The notes under the pieces are model-generated. The model made no database searches. It saw nothing but the letters and a program-made list of their open reading frames with translations, and had not been told where the DNA came from. Shown here in pieces: positions 56,670 through 64,000 of a stretch of 64,000 nucleotides of DNA (the first letter of the stretch is position 1; the number at the start of each line of letters is the position of its first letter). The position numbers and the translations under genes are program-made. This DNA is from Squalus acanthias (Eukaryota): contig CM059432.1 of the NCBI GenBank assembly GCA_030390025.1, positions 107,076,001-107,140,000 on the forward strand, in the 5' to 3' direction.

Positions 56670-58318
56670 CTTATCCGTCTATGCCTTCTCCTGAGGTCCC
56701 CACCATCACAGAAGCCAGTCTTCAGCCAATTTGATTCACTCCACATGATATCAAGAAACAGCTGAGTGCACTGGATACAGCAAAGGCTATGGGCCCTGAC
56801 AGCAGCCTGGCTGTCGTGCTGAAGACTTGTGCTCCAGAACGAGCTGCGCCTCGAGCCAAACTGTTCCAGTACAGCTACAACACTGGCATCTGCCTGATGA
56901 TGTGGAAAATTGCCTGGGTATGTCCTGTTCACAAAGAGCAGGACAAATCCAATCCAGCCAATTACCACCCATCAGTCTACTCCCAATCATCAGCAAAGTG
57001 ATGGAAGGTGTCATCAACAGTGCTAGCAAGTGGCATTTACTCAGCAATAACCTGCTCACTGATGCTCAGTTTGGGTTCTGCCAAGACCACTTGGTTCCAG
57101 ACCTCATTACAGGCTTGGTCCAACATGGACAAAAGAGCTGAATTCCAGAGGTGAGATGAGAGGAACTGCCCTTGACATCGTGGCAGCATGTGACCAAGTG
57201 TGGTATCAAGGAGCCCTAGTAAAATTGAAGTCGATGGGAAACGGGGAAAACTCTCCACTGGCTGGAGTCATACCTAGCACAAAGGAAGATGGTTGTGGCT
57301 GTTGGAGGCCAATGATCTCAGCCCCAGGACATTGCTGCAGGAGTTCCTCAGGGCAGTGTCCTTGGCCCAACCATCTTCAGCTGTTTCATCAATGACCTTC
57401 CCTCCATCATAAGGTCAGAAGTGGGGATGTTCGCTGATGATTGCAGAGTGTTCAGTTCCATTCACAACTCGTCAGATAATGAAGCAGTCTGTGCCCGCAT
57501 GCAGCAAGACCTGGACAACATTCAGACTTGGGCTGATAAATGGAAAGTAACATTCACGCCACACAAGTGCCAGGCAATGACTATCTCCAACAAGAGAGAG
57601 TCTAACCACTGCCCCTTGACATTCAATGGCATTACCATCACTGAATCCCCCACCAACATCATCCTGGGGGCCACCATTGACCAGAAACTTAACTGGACCA
57701 ACCACGTAAATACTGTGGCTACAAGAGCAGGCTGTGTATTCTGCGGCGAGTGACTCGCTCCCTGACTCCCCAAAGCCTTTCCCCCATCTACAAGGCACAA
57801 GTCAGGAGTGTGATGGAATACTCTCTACTTGCTTGGATGAGTGCAGCTCCAACGATGCTCGACACCATCCAGGACAAAGCAGCCCACTTGATTGGCACCC
57901 CATCCACCACCTTAAATATTCACTCCCTCCACCACTGGCGTACCGTGGCTGCAGTGTGTACCTCTATAGGATGCACTGCAGCAACTTGCCAAGGCTTCTT
58001 CGACAGCACCTCCCCAAACCCACAACCTCCACTGCCTAGAAGGACAAGGACAGCAGGCGCATGGAACACCACTACCTGCAAGTTCCCCTCCAAGTCACAC
58101 ACCATCCTGACTTGGAAATGTATCCTTCATCGTCGTTGGGTCAAAATTCTGGCACTCACTCCCTAACAGCACTATGGGAGTACCTTCTCCACATGGACTG
58201 CAACGGTTCAATAAGGCAGCCTACTACCACCTTCTCAAGGGCAGTTGGGGATGGGCAATAAATACTGGGCTTGCAGTGACGCCCACATCCCATGAACAAA
58301 TAAAAAAAAAAAAAAAAT
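56670..58318 (+). mobile_element. CR1-group LINE (second family), RT to poly(A) tail
   Basis: KAMGPD, PISLLPIISKVME, GVPQGSVLGP near 57340, MFADD, terminal A-run. Confidence 0.92.
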
Positions 58319-58631
58319 GTTTGGCCCAGTTCCCCATTACTGTTGTCCTTACTAAGCTTCATTGGCTCCTGATTGACGTGCAACACCCTTGTCCTCACTT
58401 TCATCTCTCTCCATGACCTCGCTGCTCTCTACTTCCATGATCTCCTACAGCCATATATTCGTGCATGCACCCTCCATTCCTCTGGCACTGACTTGCTTGT
58501 TCAAGCTCCACCATCAGTAGCCCCTGTGCCCTGTCCTCTGAATTCAATTATTTAGCTTTCCACAGTTTTGCCTCCTTCCTATTAAAAAACCTTTCTCCGC
58601 TCATGTATTACAGCTCCTATTTTCACCTTTC

Positions 58632-59920
58632 TCATAAGAACATAAGAAATAGGAGCAGGAGTAGGCCAATCGGCCCCTCGAGCCTGCTCCGCCATTCAAT
58701 AAGATCATGGCTGATCTGATCCTAACCGCCAATCTACTATCTATCACAGAACCATCTCCTGCATCTAACAGAATTGCACACACGAAATAGGAGCAGAATC
58801 AGGCTACACAGTCCCTGGGCCCGCTCCACTACCCACAGGGCCATGACCGATCCGAACCTAGACTCATGTCCAAATTCCTGCCCGCTCCCCGTAACCCTTA
58901 ATGCCCTTTACTTCTAGGAAACTGTCTATTTCTGTTTTAAATTTAATTAATGTTGTAGCTTCTACAGCTTTTTGTGGCAGCATATTCCATGGACCTACCA
59001 CCCTCTGAGTGAAGTAGTTCCTCCTCATCTCAGTTTTGAAAGAGCAGCCCCTTATTCTAAGACTATGTCCCCTAGTTCTCGTCTCACCCGTCATCGGGAA
59101 CATCCTCCCCGCATCCACCCGATCCAACCCCTTCACAATCTTATATGTTTCAATAAGATCGCCTCTCATTCTTCTGAACTCCAATGAGTAGAGTCCCAAT
59201 CTACCCAACCTCTCCTCATATGACCACCCCCTCATCCCCGGGATTAACCGAGTGAACCTTTTTTGCACTGCCTCGAGAGCAAGGATGTCTTTCCTTAAGT
59301 AAGGACACCAAAACTGTATGCAGTATTCCAGGTGCGGTCTCACCAATACCTTGTACAACTGAAGCAATACCTCCCTATTTTTATATTCTATCCCCCTAGC
59401 AATGAAAGCCAACATTCCATTTGCCTTCTTAATCACTTGCTGCACCTGCATACTAACCTTTTGAGTTTCGTGCACCAGGACCCCCAGATCCCTTTGCACT
59501 TCAGTACTCTCCAGTTTCTTGCCATTAAGATAATAAATTGCTCTAGGATTTTTCCTGCCAAAGTGCATCACCTCACACTTTCCAGTGTTGTATTCCATCT
59601 GCCAAATCTCTGCCCACTTACTTAGCCTGTCTATGTCCCCTTGCAGGTTTTTTATGTCCTCCTCACTCACTACTTTCCCTCCCATCTTTGTATCATCTGC
59701 AAATTTTGATATGTTACACTTGGTCCCTTCCTCCAAATCGTTAATATAGATTGTGAAGAGTTGGGGACCCAGCACTGACCCCTGTGGAACACCACTAGTT
59801 ACTGATTGCCAGTCTGAGAATGAACCATTTATCCCAACTCTTTGCTTTCTGTTAGATAGCCAATCCTCTATCCATGCCAGAATATTACCCCCAATCCCGT
59901 GATTTTTTACCTTAAGCAAT
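58632..59920 (-). mobile_element. Young CR1 fragment plus an adjacent short CR1 tail
   Basis: Open 351-aa RT ORF 58864-59919; separate tail at 58632-58730. Confidence 0.94.
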
Positions 59921-60739
59921 AAGGTTCCGTATCTACATTTTGTTCACACCTTGAGGTACCTCACTGTGTGTGGAGCACTGTAGAAATATATGCTGTTGAA
60001 TACGTACACTCAAGTTCTTGGGGCTTAGTTTTAGTGATTGTGCTAGACATTTTTGTGAACATTAGTCACAAGAAACACGTGGGGTGGGTAGGCAAGAGTC
60101 TGAGTTTAGCTTGAAGGTAGACCACCATTTTGCCTGATGGGTGATCCGTTGTCTTTCCTCTGCAATCTTTTCTTTCTCTCATCAAAACTCCTTTGGTCAG
60201 TACGCTTCTGACATTTTCCTTTTCTAAGCTCCAAAGACACTGCCCTACATACTCTTCTTCCACCCCACATCCCCACTGTGTTGAAATAAAGACTCGCCAC
60301 GCAGTCCCCTTCTGTAACTTAAATGCCTGTCCCTTGTTTTGGCATTCAGATTTTTAACGCACATGTTTGGCATCAACTAATCGCTACTACTTGATTTATT
60401 TGATCTTCTCTTGATGTTCTGCACTGAGAGCCCTGGCCCATCATTATAGTTTCTTAATTTAAAAACAAGGTAACGGGAATTGAAGGGAAACCTTAAAAAA
60501 AGAGTACTGATTAAAGCAAGATCTGTTGGTTATTGCTCTACTTTCTGTAATGTCAACAAGTTAATGATTTTTTGAAATGTTACATATTGTGCAATTTTTG
60601 TTTAATATAGTCTTGACAATAGAAAACAGTGCATTTGAATGGCAAACATCTATAGTATCAGATGTCCATTTTTATGTCCAGCTGAAACAGAAAGCAGCAT
60701 AGTAAATATGCTCTCAGCTTCTTGTGCATCCTCTCCTCC

Positions 60740-60975
60740 CTTCATCCCGTTGTTGACAGTCAAGCCTTCAGTTGTCTAGGCTGCCTACTCTGGAATTCCC
60801 TCCCTAAGCCCCTCTGTCTATCAACCTTCCTCTCCTTTTAAGACCCTCCTTAGAACCCATCTCTGACTAAACTTTTAGCCACTACTAATCTCTTCATGGA
60901 CTTGGCATCCACTTTTTTTCCTCCTAGCATGGGATGCTTTTCTATATTAACGGCACTATATAAATGCAAGCTGCC
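60740..60975 (+). mobile_element. Old L2 3' tail
   Basis: gccttcagttgtctagg...tctggaattccctccctaa...ctatataaatgcaag. Confidence 0.75.
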
Positions 60976-61363
60976 TTTCTCTGTGGAAGCAAATATTCAA
61001 AAGTTGTTATTTTAAAAGTCTGCAGTTAAATACTTAGCATTAGTAGTTCTTAGCAATTTCATTATTTTGATGTAATCTTTTAATTTACAGGTTAAACATT
61101 ACTTGTATTAGTAGTCCAAATCTGATTCAGTAACTAGTTCATTTGTAAGGTGCAGGCAAGTAAAATTCAAATGGTTGGTTACACCATGTATATAGAATTA
61201 AAAACTGAAATTCCACTTATTTTATAAATATGACTGCATGGAATAGACTAGGTTTACGCCCTACAGCCTTATAAAAGTGCTAGTTGAGTTTTATTTTGAA
61301 ACCAGCCTGTCTGTCAGGAATTGCACTAATCTTGCTTTTCTACTCCTAAATAATCTTATTAAT

Positions 61364-61863
61364 CTAAGAACATAAGAAACATAAAAAAATAAGAGCTGGA
61401 GTAGGCCATTCGACCCTTCGAGTCTGCTCCACCATTCAGTAAGATTATGGATGATCTTCTATCTCAACTCCACCTTCCCTTAATATCCAAAAATCTATTG
61501 CTCTCTGTCTTGAATATACTCAACGACTGAGCATCCACAGCTCTCTGGGGTAGAGAATTCCCAAGATTCACCACTGAGTGAAGAAATTTCTCATCATCCT
61601 AGTCCTAAATGGCCAACCCCTAGTTCTAGACTCCCCAGCCAGGGGGAACATCCTCCCAGCAGTTACCCTGCCAAGCCCCTTAAGAATTCTATATGTTTCA
61701 ATGAGATCACCTCTCATTCTTCTAAACTCCAGGGAATATAGGCCTAGTCTACTGAATCTCTCCTCATGGGACAATCCCCTCATCCCAGGAATCAGTCAAG
61801 TGAATCTTTGTTGCACTCCCTCTAAGGCAGGTATATCCTTCCTTTGGGTAAGGAGACCAAAAA
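61364..61863 (-). mobile_element. CR1 3' fragment
   Basis: ORF 61568-61783 (LYSLEFRRMRGDLIETY) and a (taagaaca)n tail. Confidence 0.9.
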
Positions 61864-62559
61864 TTCGGAGTAATTCTACTGCATCGTAAGAGTATTGCAA
61901 GAGCTCATTCTCGATGTTTTGGAGGATTCACTATGTATCCTGTTACTTCCTGTAACAGACAAAGACTTGTACACTTGTATTGGTGTAAACCTACAAGGGC
62001 CTTGGTTATTTGCACATTGCTGTTTGCTAGGACCAGGTCTTTTATGATGATGTGAAAAGATTACTGTCTCAGGGGTCCATAAATTGCTAGCTCATTAGTC
62101 AGAATATTTACATCATTAGGCCAAACATACAATTTTATGATAATGTATAGTTATGTTTCTTTTAAAATATCCAATTTTTTGTATTTTCTGCTTTGGTGTA
62201 TAATTTGGAGAAAAAATACAAAACAACCTAATTTTGGGGTGTGGGGGAGAAGGAAATACAACAAATGATATTTGCTTCTCCTGCTACATGTTTGATATTA
62301 ATACAAAGCAATTTTAGCTTTGGCTGGACGCTAAACTTTAGTGTAAATAGGGTGTGAAAGCCTGAACTGATTCTGACATGGACTGAGATTCTCCAGGGAA
62401 TCACACTTTTCTTTGTTCTAACTCAAGATTCAGATTGCAATTGCACCATAACTGTAATGTTGGTGCTTTTCACTGGCACTACAGCTGTACTGTAAATGCA
62501 CTCCTAAACTGGGTGTTGGAGCCATTGTAGCAGCACAGATTCACTAAAGGGGTTCTTTA

Positions 62560-64000
62560 ATTTGAAGTTAATGTTTGGTAATCTCACATCTACATTCCCC
62601 TCTTTCAGCTAATTCTTCATCTGCCTCCCAAGCTTTACCTAAGGTACTCGCTGGTGTAGGTTTTTGTATCAGCCCTTCATGTGGAATTTATTCAAAGCTT
62701 TCTGGAGGTCTAGGTACACTGTCATTGTGGTTTTCTATTGTCTACTTCCTCAGAAAACTAAAGCAGGTTGGTCAGGCGCATACACCCCTTTTGAAACCAA
62801 CTTGCCTGGCACTTACTAGATTATTTTCATATTGGTCCGCTTCAGCTTTATTCCTAATGATCATCTCCATTATTTTATTTTGTCAGTTACTGATGTGAGA
62901 CTGGAGTTAACATTGGTTTGTTCAATCACAATTTATTGACTCCCTTAAAGTGACCATTTTGTCAACGCGTTGTAGATTTTATCCCTAATCGAGTCTTTCC
63001 CTGAGGATTTATTGATTTTGAACTATTTAAGCCTGTCAGGGATGTCAATGTACTTGACAGCAAAGTCATTAAGTTTAGTTGTAGGAAGTCCTATAATCAC
63101 GGGCATGCTACTAGTTCTTTCTGTAGTGAATACTTCCATGAAGCAATAATTTAGTATGTTAACTATTTTTAATTCATCCTCTGCTTCAGCCCCATTTCCA
63201 TCCTTAAGGGATCTAAATTCTTAGAAAACCTTTTTACTGTTAAAATGCTGAAAGAATTTTTAACTCTTGTTTGTTTAGCTTCTACAGCTATGCTCATGTC
63301 TAGTATCCTCTTTATTTATTTTTGGAGGTTCCTATATTCTCTGTGATTTATTTAATTTATTTTTCATTGTCTCTTTTTGTATTTTTATGAATCCATTCGG
63401 AGTCTCGTTTCTTTAAACTATTTTTATTAACCACCTGTGTATCGTTATCCTGAACACTCAGTAGCATGTCCTTTTTTTAATGGTATTCAATTGAAGTTCT
63501 ACACCCAGGCAATGGCGGGGGTTTTCTACTTCTTGGCTTGTATGCCCACAGTTTTTCTGCCCATTTACTTTAATGGATAGATTGTATTATCTGAAAACAT
63601 TGGCCAATATGTGTCAACTCTTCATTCATTGCCTTAAAGTTGTATACCTGGGTATTGGTTTGCACTATTAGTTTATCCCAAATCATGCCAAATTTAGTTA
63701 TAGGCTTCACTCGGCCAGGGATGCCGCTGGTCTGATATTGAATCCAAATATTGAGGGAAGTTGTGAAGGAATGAACCATAATTTTTCAAAAATCTTTGGA
63801 AACTGTTATTGTCAAAGAACTGGAGGGTGGCAAATGTTACACTCCTGTTCAAGAAAGGAGAAAGAGATAACTCAAAATTGGTCCATTAGTCTCACCTTTG
63901 AGTTTAGAGTTCATATCATGTGATTAAATTCATGAACACTTACAAAGGAATGGGCTTATTCAGTTAGCATTGCTTGTTAAAGGTCGGGTCACGCTGAATT
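62560..64000. mobile_element. Very old CR1 ORF2 remnants (minus to about 63640, plus from about 63690)
   Basis: Degenerate motifs such as ggagggtggcaaatgttacactcctgttcaagaaaggag (WRVANVTLLFKKG). Confidence 0.6.

Noticed and set aside
61959..62036. Candidate phase-1 exon (DKDLYTCIGVNLQG...)
   Set aside because: Superficial Ig-strand resemblance, weak donor (gtcttt) and no supporting domain context.
62609..62643. Candidate exon after a polypyrimidine tract
   Set aside because: Lies within an old antisense CR1 remnant.

Overview
Eukaryotic, repeat-dominated genomic DNA, most likely from a cartilaginous fish (inferred from the CR1-dominated LINE content, SacSINE1/Deu-type and LF-SINE-like SINEs and Penelope-derived short repeats; no species can be assigned). 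Most of the window is transposon-derived: many CR1 LINEs (two with esterase ORF1), L2 and RTE fragments, Harbinger-type MITEs, a Harbinger element with an intact 383-aa transposase, and two young, compact Gypsy LTR retrotransposons with CsRn1-clade hallmarks, one with an intact 1216-aa gag-pol ORF. The only supportable host gene feature is a CpG-island, CCAAT-rich promoter with a signal-peptide first exon (36678-36756, +). No exon 2 was identified, so the gene is unnamed. A degenerate copy of this exon and of intron-1 blocks lies upstream (17.5-26.4 kb), split by nested insertions. Most notable observations: (1) an in-frame UAG shared by both Gypsy copies in front of a still-open integrase tail; (2) an internal inverted duplication in the Harbinger that could give a long hairpin RNA; (3) a near-identical tract between the otherwise diverged paralogous blocks that stops at a MITE junction; (4) minimal hammerhead ribozyme cores in short Penelope-derived insertions. 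All identities and boundaries were read by eye; fragment ends without TSDs are approximate.
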